Source: Amphiscolops sp. MND2022 (lineage: Eukaryota). Taken from it: a stretch of 64,000 bases of DNA. Under the pieces are notes generated by a model. That model ran no database searches. It was not told the DNA's origin and saw nothing but the letters and a program-made list of their open reading frames with translations. The stretch covers positions 29,948,001 through 30,012,000 of the forward strand of contig OZ076409.1 in NCBI GenBank assembly GCA_964187785.1, in the 5' to 3' direction. Every line of letters starts with the position of its first letter. Positions within the stretch are counted from its first letter, which is position 1. Of the stretch, positions 52,005 to 64,000 are shown in pieces. Position numbers and translations under genes: made by a program.

Positions 52005-55000
52005 TAGATCTGCCTTTTAAAACCAATCAACAGCGAGCTGATTTTGGGAAAACTTCACTTTCTGTGTGTTCATCTGAACTTCATACTAGTTCATTGTTTT
52101 TACCTGTATCAACAGTCAAATTCATCAATCTTTTTTTTTCGATTCAATCGGATATTTTCCGGTTTTTACACTAAAATCTAAGTAGATCATTAATTACGAG
52201 AAGACAAAGGAAAGCTTTAAATATGCCTATCAATGTGTTTGATACGCCAGTTCACTCAATCTTGGAGACTTATTGTTTCATATTTTGTGAAGCATTTGGT
52301 AGTCTGTGGTCGCTTTTGAACTTATATTTAATTATTTTCATGACAGTTGAACGTGTGTGTTCGATATCAAAAATTATCGGCATCATGATTATTTTCCAGC
52401 CATGTTTCCATATGAGAAACAAGCCGGGAACGGCCAAAGTCGGCGCTTTATCGAAGGCTCAAAAAGCGCAATGTTTTTAGTCGGCTCATTTTAGTAGAAA
52501 ATGTGCCCGACTCTTACAGTGGGTAGTTTTTTAGACGCGTAAGGTCCACTTTTTTGTTCATTTGTTCAACAACGTCAAACCTCAACAACTTCAACCCTAA
52601 ACAATTCGAACCTCAGAAGCGCGTCCAAAACGAAAAGAAAAAACAAAACAGACGTCCAGAACCTCGAAAACACACTAAGGATCCCCCATAGCCCCACTTT
52701 TTTTTCGGCACTATGACACTTTTTGAAACTTTTTGGATTGCACTAAAGGGTCCCCCCTTCATTTGTTTCGATATTTTGTAACACAATGGATGTCCAAAAA
52801 TCGCAAAGGTTCCCCCCTTTTTGCACATGACGAAGTCAATGTGCATTGCAGTCCAGCTAAGTAAGTTTTTTTCCACTATAGTCAGCTTCATAATTAGCGC
52901 TTTTTAGGAAAAAGCCAAAACCCCAGAGAGATTCGAACCTGCAGCCTCCCGATTGCACGGCATAAGTGTTGACCACTGTGCCATAGGGACGTTATTGAAC
53001 AAAGTAGAACTGTTGAATATATACGCATGTGATTAAAATAATTTATATACGCATATTAAAATAATCGATGTCTTCGTCATGTGTTGCGAAGCACCGCTTC
53101 GCCTCTGTGTTCCAATTATATCATTGCTTAATGCATTAAAATTCGCTGTCTTTTTATCGTCTACTTGACGCGTCATAAACATTCTCTAATATCATTAAAT
53201 GATGAGGCAACGCCTCTTAATTTTCGTTCATTTTAGACTGAAATTGGTTTTAGTCGGCGCTTTTCTAGTGAAAAGAGCCCGACTATTACAGTGGCTAGTT
53301 TTTTTATGTCAGGCCACAGACCTCATTGTGCATGTACCACTTTTTAGTACAGACTTTACTCGGTTTACGGTGAACCGAGCGATCACGGATTCGAGTCCTT
53401 GCCTTAGCCAGAAACTTTTTCGAGCATTTGCGAAGCGGACGAGACAGAAGGGTCCCCTCTTTCAATTTTTTTCGGCACTATGCGACTTGTTTTTCGATTT
53501 TTTCCTCCAAAGGATCCCCCCTTCAATTTTTTTTTGATATTTTGCAACAAACTGTCTTTTTAATATTTCTGCGATAGGAGGAATATTATTGAAATCTCAA
53601 CATGTCTACTATTTTCTCAGTAACATTCTTCGCACGATTACTGAAAAATTCAGATATTTTGTTCGGGAGTGACTATAAGCGTGAGAATTAAATTTCTCAA
53701 GCTGTCGACGACATTTCAATTCTCGTGCGATGGAACGAGCGAGTGGTAATTGTGCATTCGTACGCTGACGTCATTGAGATGAAGCGAGCGAATGTTCGTA
53801 ATTATGCGTTAATAATTCGATCGTTCAGAGCTTCGCCTGCATTCAAATGCGAATGCGAAACTTCGTCTACGCTTATTAGTTATATTTTCTTTAGTCCGAG
53901 AAGAGTTGAAGGCGGTGTAAACTTGGATTACGTACCAAATAACATAAGAGCAAATAACATGAAAATAAAATTAGTTTCAAATAACATAAAAATGAAATTA
54001 GTTTCAAATAACAAAAATATAACCGAATACCCGGTTAAACAATCGAACTCACGAATTTTCATTTGTAGTTTTTATACTTTTTTCCAGAGAATCTTTTGAA
54101 TGATTTTGACAAGTAAAACTTTTTCGTAAACAATTTCATTTTTATTTTTGGTGAAACTCATTTCATTTTTATTTTATTCGACACTAGTTTTGTTTTTGTT
54201 ATTTGCTCGTATGTTATTTTAGAATTCACCGTGAACTTGTACAGTGACTAATTGCGCGCTAATTAATGACTAAACAGGAGTGTATTGGTATTCCTGATAT
54301 GATTCTATTATTAATGTAAGATTAAAGCAGAAATAATTTGCCCCGGAGGGGCCTATTTTTAAAGCCTGAAGGGTTCCCCTTTTCCAGTTTTAAAATTTTT
54401 GCTCTTTTCGAGCCTTAGATGTAGCGCCGACTTTAGACTTTCCCGTCTTGTTAGATCTGCCTTTTAAAACCAATCAACAGCGAGCTGATTTTGGGAAAAC
54501 TTCACTTTCTGTGTGTTCATCTGAACTTCATACTAGTTCATTGTTTTTACCTGTATCAACAGTCAAATTCATCAATCTTTTTTTTTCGATTCAATCGGAT
54601 ATTTTCCGGTTTTTACACTAAAATCTAAGTAGATCATTAATTACGAGAAGACAAAGGAAAGCTTTAAATATGCCTATCAATGTGTTTGATACGCCAGTTC
54701 ACTCAATCTTGGAGACTTATTGTTTCATATTTTGTGAAGCATTTGGTAGTCTGTGGTCGCTTTTGAACTTATATTTAATTATTTTCATGACAGTTGAACG
54801 TGTGTGTTCGATATCAAAAATTATCGGCATCATGATTATTTTCCAGCCATGTTTCCATATGAGAAACAAGCCGGGAACGGCCAAAGTCGGCGCTTTATCG
54901 AAGGCTCAAAAAGCGCAATGTTTTTAGTCGGGAAATGTTTTTAGTCGTTTTATTGCTCATTTTAGTAGAAAATGTGCCCGACTCTTACAGTGGGTAGTTT

Positions 55001-55775
55001 TTTAGACGCGTAAGGTCCAGTTTTTTGTTCATTTGTTCAACAACGTCAAACCTCAACAACTTCAACCCTAAACAATTCGAACCTCAGAAGCGCGTCCAAA
55101 ACGAAAAGAAAAAACAAAACAGACGTCCAGAACCTCGAAAACACACTAAGGATCCCCCATAGCCCCACTTTTTTTTCGGCACTATGACACTTTTTGAAAC
55201 TTTTTGGATTGCACTAAAGGGTCCCCCCTTCATTTGTTTCGATATTTTGTAACACAATGGATGTCGAAAAATCGCAAAGGTTCCCCCCTTTTTGCACATG
55301 ACGAAGTCAATCTGCATTGCAGTCCAGCTAAGTAAGTTTTTTTTCCACTATAGTCAGGTTCATAATTAGCGCTTTTTAGGAAAAAGCCAAAACCCCAGAG
55401 AGATTCGAACCTGCAGCCTCCCGATTGCACGGCATAAGTGTTGACCACTGTGCCATAGGGACGTTATTGAACAAAGTAGAACTGTTGAATATATACGCAT
55501 GTGATTAAAATAATTTATATACGCATATTAAAATAATCGATGTCTTCGTCATGTGTTGCGAAGCACCGCTTCGCCTCTGTGTTCCAATTATATCATTGCT
55601 TAATGCATTAAAATTCGCTGTCTTTTTATCGTCTACTTGACGCGTCATAAACATTCTCTAATATCATTAAATGATGAGGCAACGCCTCTTAATTTTCGTT
55701 CATTTTAGACTGAAATTGGTTTTAGTCGGCGCTTTTCTAGTGAAAAGAGCCCGACTATTACAGTGGCTAGTTTTT

Positions 55776-56248
55776 AATATTTCTGCTTTAGCAGGAATGT
55801 TATTGTAACCTCAAAGTTGGTCCTTTTTTTTTCAGTCGTCAAATTTCGTCCTACTGAATAATTCAGATATTTTGTTCGGCAGTGAGTGTAAGCGTGGGAA
55901 AGCTGCCGACAACAATTCAATTCTAGTGCGATAGAACGAGCGAGTGGTAATTATCCATTCGTATGCTGACGTCATTGAGATGAAGCGAATGAGTGTTAAT
56001 TATTCGTTCGTTGGGAGCTTCGCCTGCATTCAAATGCGAATGCGAAACTTCGTCTACGCTTAGTTATATTTTCTTTAGTCCGAGAAGAATTAAAGGCGGT
56101 GTAAACTTGTACAGTGATTAATTGTGCTCTAAGTAATGATTAAACAGGAGTGTATTGGTATTCCAGATATGATTCTTTTATTAATGATTTTTTGTTTTAA
56201 AAAAATAAAGATTAAAGCAGAAATAGTACTGAGCCCCGGAGGGGCCTA
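55776..56248 (+). mobile_element. HINE family B element inserted in a T-run without a TSD
   Basis: It is absent at the equivalent site in units 1 and 2. The subTIR is TATTTCTGC/GCAGAAATA, with a 5' hairpin and a 3' hairpin GCCCCGGAGGGGC. Confidence 0.82.
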
Positions 56249-58693
56249 TTTTTTTATGTCAGGCCACAGACCTCATTGTGCATGTACCACTTTTTAGTAC
56301 AGACTTTACTCGGTTTACGGTGAACCGAGCGATCACGGATTCGAGTCCTTGCCTTAGCCAGAAACTTTTTCGAGCATTTGCGAAGCGGACGAGACAGAAG
56401 GGTCCCCTCTTTCAATTTTTTTTCAGCACTATGCGACTTGTTTTTCGATTTTTTCCTCCAAAGGATCCCCCCTTCAATTTTTTTTTGATATTTTGCAACA
56501 AACTGTCTTTTTAATATTTCTGCGATAGGAGGAATATTATTGAAATCTCAACATGTCTACTATTTTCTCAGTAACATTCTTCGCACGATTACTGAAAAAT
56601 TCAGATATTTTGTTCGGGAGTGACTATAAGCGTGAGAATTAAATTTCTCAAGCTGTCGACGACATTTCAATTCTCGTGCGATGGAACGAGCGAGTGGTAA
56701 TTGTGCATTCGTACGCTGACGTCATTGAGATGAAGCGAGCGAATGTTCGTAATTATGCGTTAATAATTCGATCGTTCAGAGCTTCGCCTGCATTCAAATG
56801 CGAATGCGAAACTTCGTCTACGCTTATTAGTTATATTTTCTTTAGTCCGAGAAGAGTTGAAGGCGGTGTAAACTTGGATTACGTACCAAATAACATAAGA
56901 GCAAATAACATGAAAATAAAATTAGTTTCAAATAACATAAAAATGAAATTAGTTTCAAATAACAAAAATATAATCGAATACCCGGTTAAACAATCGAACT
57001 CACGAATTTTCATTTGTAGTTTTTATACTTTTTTCCAGAGAATCTTTTGAATGATTTTGACAAGTAAAACTTTTTCGTAAACAATTTTATTTTTATTTTT
57101 GGTGAAACTCATTTCATTTTTATTTTATTCGACACTAGTTTTGTTTTTGTTATTTGCTCGTATGTTATTTTAGAATTCACCGTGAACTTGTACAGTGACT
57201 AATTGCGCGCTAATTAATGACTAAACAGGAGTGTATTGGTATTCCTGATATGATTCTATTATTAATGTAAGATTAAAGCAGAAATAATTTGCCCCGGAGG
57301 GGCCTATTTTTAAAGCCTGAAGGGTTCCCCTTTTCCAGTTTTAAAATTTTTGCTCTTTTCGAGCCTTAGATGTAGCGCCGACTTTAGACTTTCCCGTCTT
57401 GTTAGATCTGCCTTTTAAAACCAATCAACAGCGAGCTGATTTTGGGAAAACTTCACTTTCTGTGTGTTCATCTGAACTTCATAGTAGTTCATTGTTTTTA
57501 CCTGTATCAACAGTCAAATTCATCAATCTTTTTTTTTCGATTCAATCGGATATTTTCCGGTTTTTACACTAAAATCTAAGTAGATCATTAATTACGAGAA
57601 GACAAAGGAAAGCTTTAAATATGCCTATCAATGTGTTTAATACGCCAGTTCACTCAATCTTGGAGACTTATTGTTTCATATTTTGTGAAGCATTTGGTAG
57701 TCTGTGGTCGCTTTTGAACTTATATTTAATTATTTTCATTCATAATAATATTATTATAAAAATTGGTGCCAAGTTGCAAGAGTGACCTAGACTTGATTAT
57801 TTCGAAGGGTATTTTAGTTAGGTTACTTTCACACGTTTCATCAATTGATCGAATTTTTATTTTCATTCAAAAATCTAATAACTCGAAGTTTACTAAAAAA
57901 ACTGCAACTTGGTCGAAGATAACCAGCATGGCACACATTAATAATAATTTGTCGGGCATAAGTGAGAGTTGCGGAGGCAATTCGCAACTTTGTGTTACGA
58001 AAACCAGTATATTGTAATTTTAAAGAGGCTCTCAGTTAGGTGAACTCAGAGTCACCAAAAACAAAACCCACGGCGAGAACGTGGCCTCGGGAGGGTTTCA
58101 TGGCGATAAATACATAGGCACACAAATGAAAACAATTTAAAATGAATAATTTAAATTTTCTAATTCTTTTCCAATTGAATGTCAACCGCGTTGAACAATT
58201 TTTTACAAAGAATGGAAATCAAAAACAACAATTGCTGCTTTAATACATGTCCATGGATCAATTTTGTACATGTCCACCGGCTAATGCAATCAAACTGAAA
58301 CCCTCGATGAACAACAGATTTCGCCGAATTGTTGTCAATAACTAGTTTTGGTCAATCAGATTAGATTTTGAGGTAAACTCAATTTTCAACCATACGTCCC
58401 CCCCCCCAACCAAAAACTGTTGTAATAATTTTATTGAAATAGCATAGTATAGTATCCTTAAGAACTTTCATGCAAAGTAAAACCATTGAGAGAAATAGTG
58501 ACTCAATAATTGCTACAAAGGTAGAAAAAGGTTTCTGTACGAATCATTCGGTGAAATCATTCAACTTGTTTTGCAGAAAAAGCCTTCAATTTTTGTTATT
58601 TGCCCTGATGCTGTCTAGGAATCTAGAGAGTTGAAAATATATGATACAAACTAGTTATATGTTTTTAGGAATTCAATACCCAATTCAGAAATT

Positions 58694-59057
58694 AACAAGC
58701 CGGGAACGGTCCAAGTCGGCGCCATATCCAAGGCTCAAAAATAGCAAAAGGACTTCAAATTTCCAAGTATTGGTGAATTGGGAACACTTTTACGAAAGAA
58801 TTTTTTTTCGAAAAAAGTCCCACAATGCCGAAAAAACTGAAAGGAAGGACCCTTTGGTCTCGTCCGGTATGGTATGTTACGCGGGAAACCTTTTTGGTTC
58901 AGTTCCTTGGACCACCAGGTACATTTTGGCGTCTTCTGTAAATTTTGTAGAATTTTTGGTAGAACTATTTTGGTCAGTTCAGGTCTATTTTGGTCTTAAA
59001 AAACACTGACGAAACGCCATGACTATAGCCGACTCTTAAGAAAAGCGCCGACTAAAA
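58694..59057 (-). mobile_element. HINE family A complete short copy
   Basis: Runs from AACAAGCCGGGAACGGTCCAAGTCGGCGCC to AAAAGCGCCGACTAAAA. Confidence 0.78.
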
Positions 59058-59062
59058 AACAC

Positions 59063-59125
59063 CCGCGTTGGGGATTTGAACTCGTGTCAACGTTATGCCA
59101 GGCAGAGACTCAACCACTATGCCAT
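59063..59125 (-). pseudogene. tRNA-derived SINE head-like sequence
   Basis: The minus strand has TGGCATAGTGG (A-box) and GAGTTCAAATCC (B-box). Confidence 0.5.
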
Positions 59126-59445
59126 AACAGCTGCAAATGCTTTTTTGTGATGTCATGGTATATAGAAGCGAATTTTTACTTGAGATTATCCCCCACGATT
59201 CCATCTGTAATTTTATCGAACGTTCTTGCTAGTTTTTGTTTCAGCAACGAAAACAAGGAGTTTCAAAACACTCGGTTAGAAAGTCGCAACACGAGGAAAT
59301 TTGTGAAAGTAACCCCGCTAGAAACAGCCAGGTAACCTGCTCCGATACTGTAAAGTCAAACGAAAACGAGAAGAGTTCCCATGATCCAACCCAGTTTGAT
59401 GCAGTAGCAAATGACAAGATTGAGCAGGGTCTCTAAGGTAAAATT

Positions 59446-59933
59446 AATAAGCCGGGAACGGCTCATGTCGGCGCTATATCTAAGGCTCAAAAATAACAAA
59501 AGGACTTCAAAGTGTCAAGTATTCTCTTCTACAGTACCCGTTTGAGGAAAAATTGAAAAAAAAATTCCGAACTTTTTTAATTTTTTCGAATTTTTTTGGT
59601 TTCCGGTAAGTCGCATAGTGCCGAAACATGTAAAAGGGGGTACTCTGGGAGTCTTTGAACATCCATTTTTTTGCAAAATAGACAAAAAATGACGGGTGGA
59701 CCCTTTGGAGATATTTGCGAAAAAAAGTCTCACAAAGCCGAAAAAAAATTGCACAAAAATTTTTGGTCAAGGGCGGGACTCGAACCCATGTCCTTCTGCT
59801 TGGCAGACCTCAAAAAAGCCGTAACCTCTATGCCAAGTGGCAGTGAAGTAGTGTGGCAGTAGTGGCAGTTTAGTGTTAGTCGGTCAACTTATAAAATTTA
59901 TAAAATCTGTCAGTTCGTTGGTCCTTAAAAAAA
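59446..59933 (-). mobile_element. HINE family A partial copy abutting the downstream array
   Basis: Has the AATAAGCCGGGAACGGCTCATGTCGGCGCTATATCTAAGGCTCAAAA end and a tRNA-like segment near 59765-59800. Confidence 0.7.
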
Positions 59934-62900
59934 CTCCCGGGAAAGTTATAATTCCAGGAATCGACGGATATCTGGCCGATGCTGCCGCAAGTACTCCCTG
60001 TGAAAATTGTGTTCAACGAATTTTTGAGCCACCACCGCCATCACCAGAAGTTGTCTCTTTGTCCCTTGAAGTTGATTCGCATGAGCCCTGATCGGCAGCT
60101 GTTTCCCCTCTTCCCAACTTGACTCCACTTTGTCGCTAGCAGATTTGGACCCACCATCAGACCCACTACTTCCCTGCCGCCAAAAGAAACCGCCCTCATC
60201 AACACCAATGAAGACTGGAAGAAAGCGAAGTATGACGAAATGACACAATGCCTGATTTGCGAAAAGGCGGCCAACGGCATTGACAAGCATTTCAAATTGC
60301 ATCACCCCGAATTGACTGAAGCAGATACCGTCCTTCTGAAAGACTTCTTGAGGATGCAGAAATTACATGCCAACACAAAAGTGTTTTACTGCGAGGAGCA
60401 TAACCGTCGCTTCAGCGACAGAGCTTGTCACAAAAGGCAAAAGCAGTGCAACTTGGAACAATTAAGAATTGTGCCCAACTTCTAAAGTAAAAGGTTTGTT
60501 GTGTTTTTTTCTTTTTTGGGAGACATTTTAAAATGAAAACGGTTAAAGTTTGGAGTTGATCTCGAGTTGAAACAAAATTCCCCTTTGTTCATTTCTTTGA
60601 TTGTTCAAAAAGATAATTTTCAAGTGTCTATGAATTTTGTTGGTGATTATAGGACAGCAAAATATCGATTTTCACATTATACCAAGTTGCATTTGTGACT
60701 TTGTCTTGTCACAAAATATTTTAATGATGATATTCACAGTTAGATGATATTTATAGATCACTTCCCATTGAGCTCAGAATGAAACTGAGAAAGTTCCCTG
60801 CCAAGAGATGAACATTTATCTTTGGTTACATCTTTCGTGAATCACGAATTCCGCAACCGGGGTGAGACACTTGAGGAAGTATGTGACAATGTCAAAGAAA
60901 AGGAAGCCTTGAAAAATGTACTGGCAATTATTTATGGGGATACGGTGGGGTTGACTGAGCCGAAGGATCTGACACCAGCTTTCAAATTGTAAATGTCAAC
61001 TTTCGACAAAAAACACTTCTCGGGATTTCAAAACCAGTTTTCTTTTGACCATTTTAATCACCATTAAACTAACTAATTTGTTTAGACTTGAGCTGCGCAA
61101 GAATTGGGAGCCAACCACTGTGGGGGTTCATCTGTATCATTTCGAAAGTATCACCAACTTCTGCGACGCTTATGAATCGAAGCGTATGGATAAACACTTC
61201 AGTTTATCAACAATGCAGAAAGCCTTGAGAGACACCCATTAAACAGAAAGAGACCGTTACTCAGGTTGCAATTTCCAATTCGCACTGAGAGCCAAAAAAA
61301 ACTACCGGGAAAAGTTATAATACCAGGAATCGACGGATATCTGGCCGATGCTGCCGCAAATGCTCCCTGTGAAATTTGTGTTCAACGAATTTTTGCGCCA
61401 TCACCAGAAGTTGTCTCTTTGTCCCTTGAAGTTGATTCGCATGAGCCCTGATCAGCAGCTGTCTCCCCTCTTCCCAACTTGACTCCACTTTGTCGCTACC
61501 AGATTTGGACCCACCATCAGACCCATCTACTTCGCTGCCGCCAAAAGAAACTGCCCCCCATCAACACCGAAGAAGACAGGGAAGAAAGCGAAGTATGACG
61601 AAATGACACAATGCTTGATTTGCGAAAAGGCGGCCAACGGCATTGACAAGCATTTCAAATCGCATCACCCCGAATTGAGTGAAGCATATATCGTCCTTCT
61701 GAAAGACTTCTTGAGGATGCAGATATTACATGCCAACACAAAAGTGTTCTACTGCGAGGAGCAAAACCGTCGCTTCAGCGACAGCTGGTCACAAAAGGTA
61801 AAAGCAGTGCAACTTGGAACGATTAAGAATTGTGCCCAACTTCCGAAATAAAAGGTTTGTTGTGTTTTTTTCCTTCTTTGAGAGACATTTTAAAATGAAA
61901 ACGGTTGAAGTTTGGAGTTAAAATTCCCCTTTGTTCATTTCTTTGATTGTTTAAAAAGATAATTTTCAAGTGTCTTTGAATTTTTTTGGTGATTATAGGA
62001 CAGCAAAATACGATTCTCACATTAAACCATGTTGCATTTGTGACTTTGTCTTGTCACAAAATATTTTTATGATGATTTTCACAGTTAGATGATATTTATA
62101 GATCACTTCCCATTGAGATCAGAATGAAACTGAGAAAGTTCCCTGCCAAGAGATGAACATTTATCCTTGGTTACATCTTTCGTGAATCACAAATTCCGCA
62201 ACCGGGGTGAGACACTTGAGGAAGTATGTGACAATGTCAAAGAAAAAGAAGCCTTGAAAAATGTACTGGCAATTACTTATGGGGATACGCTGGTGTTGAC
62301 TGAGCCGAAGGATCTGACACCAGCTTTCAAATTGTAAATTTCAATTTTCGACAAAAAACACTTCTCGGGATTTCTGAACCAGTTGTTTAAACCATTTCAA
62401 TCACCATTAAACTAACTAATTTGTTTAGACTTGAGCTGCGCAGGAATTTGGAGCCAACCTTTGTGGGGGTTCATCTGCACTACAATACATATGCCGCAAC
62501 GAACTCGCAAGATCTCGCTAGTTCGATTAACAGCCAATGAAAACGCGTTATTTCAGAATAATAACGCGTTTTCATTGGCTGGTAATCGAACTAGCAAGAT
62601 CTTGCTAGATCGTTGCGGCATATGTATCGTAATGTGAATCATTTCAAAAGTATCACCGACTTCTGCGACGCTTATGAATCGAAGCGTATGGATAAACACT
62701 TCAGTTTATCAACAATGCAGAAAGCCTTGAGAGACACCCATTAAACAGAAAGAGACCGTTACTCAGGTTGCAATTTCCAATTCGCACTGAGAGCCAAATA
62801 AAAACTACCGGGAAAAGTTATAATACCAGGAATCGACGGATATCTGGCCGATGTTGCCGCAAATGCTCCCTGTGAAATTTGTGTTCAACGAATTTTTGCG

Positions 62901-64000
62901 CCATCACCAGAAGTCGTCTCTTTGTCCCTTGAAGTTGATTCGCATGAGCCCTGATCAGCAGCTGTCTCCCCTCTTCCCAACTTGACTCCACTTTGTCGCT
63001 ACCAGATTTGGACCCACCATCAGACCCATCTACTTCGCTGCCGCCAAAAGAAACTGCCCCCCATCAACACCGAAGAAGACAGGGAAGAAAGCGAAGTATG
63101 AGGAAATGACACAATGCTTGATTTGCGAAAAGGCGGCAACGGCATTGACAAGCATTTCAAATCGCATCACCCCGAATTGACTGAAGCATATATCGTCCTT
63201 CTGAAAGACTTCTTGAGGATGCAGATATTACGTGCCAACACAAAAGTGTTCTACTGCGAGGAGCATAACCGTTGCTTCAGCAACAGAGCTGGTCACAAAA
63301 GGTAAAAGCAGTGCAACCTGGAACAATTAGGAATTGTGCCCAACTTCCAAAGTAAAAGGTTTGTTGTGTTTTTTTCCTTTTTTGGGAGACATTTTAAAAT
63401 GAAAACGGTTAAAGTTTGGAGTTGATCTCGAGTTGAAACAAAATTCCCCTTTGTTCATTTCTTTGATTGTTCAAAAAGATAATTTTCAAGTGTCTATGAA
63501 TTTTGTTGGTGATTATAGGACAGCAAAATATCGATTTTCACATTATATCATGTTGCATTTGTGACTTTGTCTTGTCACAAAATATTTTTCTGATGATATT
63601 CACAGTTAGATGATATTTATAGATCACTTCCCATTGAGCTCAGATTGAAACTGAGGAAATTCCCTGCCAAGAGATGAACATTTATCTTCCGTGAAGGAAG
63701 TGACAATGTCAAAGAAAAGGAAGCCTTGGAAAATGTGCTGGCGATTATTTATGGGGATACGCTGGGGTTGACTGAGCCGAAGGATCTGACACCAGCTTTC
63801 AAAATGTAAATTTCAACTTTCGACAAAAAACACTTCTCGGGATTTCTAAACCAGTTTTTTTAACCATTTTAATCACCATTAAACACTATTTTGTTTAGAC
63901 TTGAGCTGCGCAAGAATTGGGAGCCAACCACTGTGGGGGTTCATCTGTATCACTTCAAAAGTATCACCGACTTCTGCGACGCTTATGAGTCGAAGCGTAT
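59930..64000 (+). repeat. Tandem array (~1.35-1.5 kb unit, at least 3 copies) of a spliced zinc-finger gene fragment
   Basis: Units start at ~59930, ~61297 and ~62800. Each encodes MTQCLICEK...KHFKxHH (frameshifted in unit 3). GT-AG introns lie at 60494-60756 and 60989-61085 in unit 1. Confidence 0.9.
62478..62634. mobile_element. 157-bp palindromic CACTA-like MITE, 2-bp TSD TG
   Basis: CACTAC...GTAATG forms a nearly full-length hairpin. It is absent from sibling units (CATCTGTATC at ~61129 and ~63942). Confidence 0.9.

Larger units (their letters stand above)
50375..57739. repeat. Near-identical tandem triplication of a ~2.45-kb composite unit
   Basis: Units start at 50375, 52821 and 55292. 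The ORF track repeats at 51278/53725/56676 and 52223/54670. Unit 3 has an extra ~475-bp insert and is truncated at 57739. Confidence 0.97.

Overview
This is an AT-rich, repeat-saturated eukaryotic window, probably from an invertebrate animal (inferred from the transposon repertoire). I found no intact host protein-coding gene, rRNA, true tRNA or CRISPR array. The window is a stack of decayed, nested mobile elements. There are two related Ty3/Gypsy LTR retrotransposons (1-~4.9 kb on -, ~7.3-16.1 kb on +), the second followed by ~4 kb of unexplained antisense coding-like sequence. It also holds a hAT transposase relic, a Mag-like Gypsy element, two APE-type LINEs (one with a 2A 'DIEPNPGP' motif), and two CRE-like RLE non-LTR elements. 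Smaller elements include many MITEs with visible target-site duplications (TSDs) and two families of Helentron-associated (HINE/DINE-1-like) elements. Two tandem arrays close the window: a ~2.45-kb triple repeat and a ~1.4-kb repeat of a spliced zinc-finger gene fragment. The most unusual observation is a ~184-bp GC-rich, hairpin-rich cassette carried inside three foldback MITEs with unrelated arms, all inserted into one RT-deleted CRE element, with a fourth copy nearby. All family assignments come from motif recognition by eye; no database search was run.
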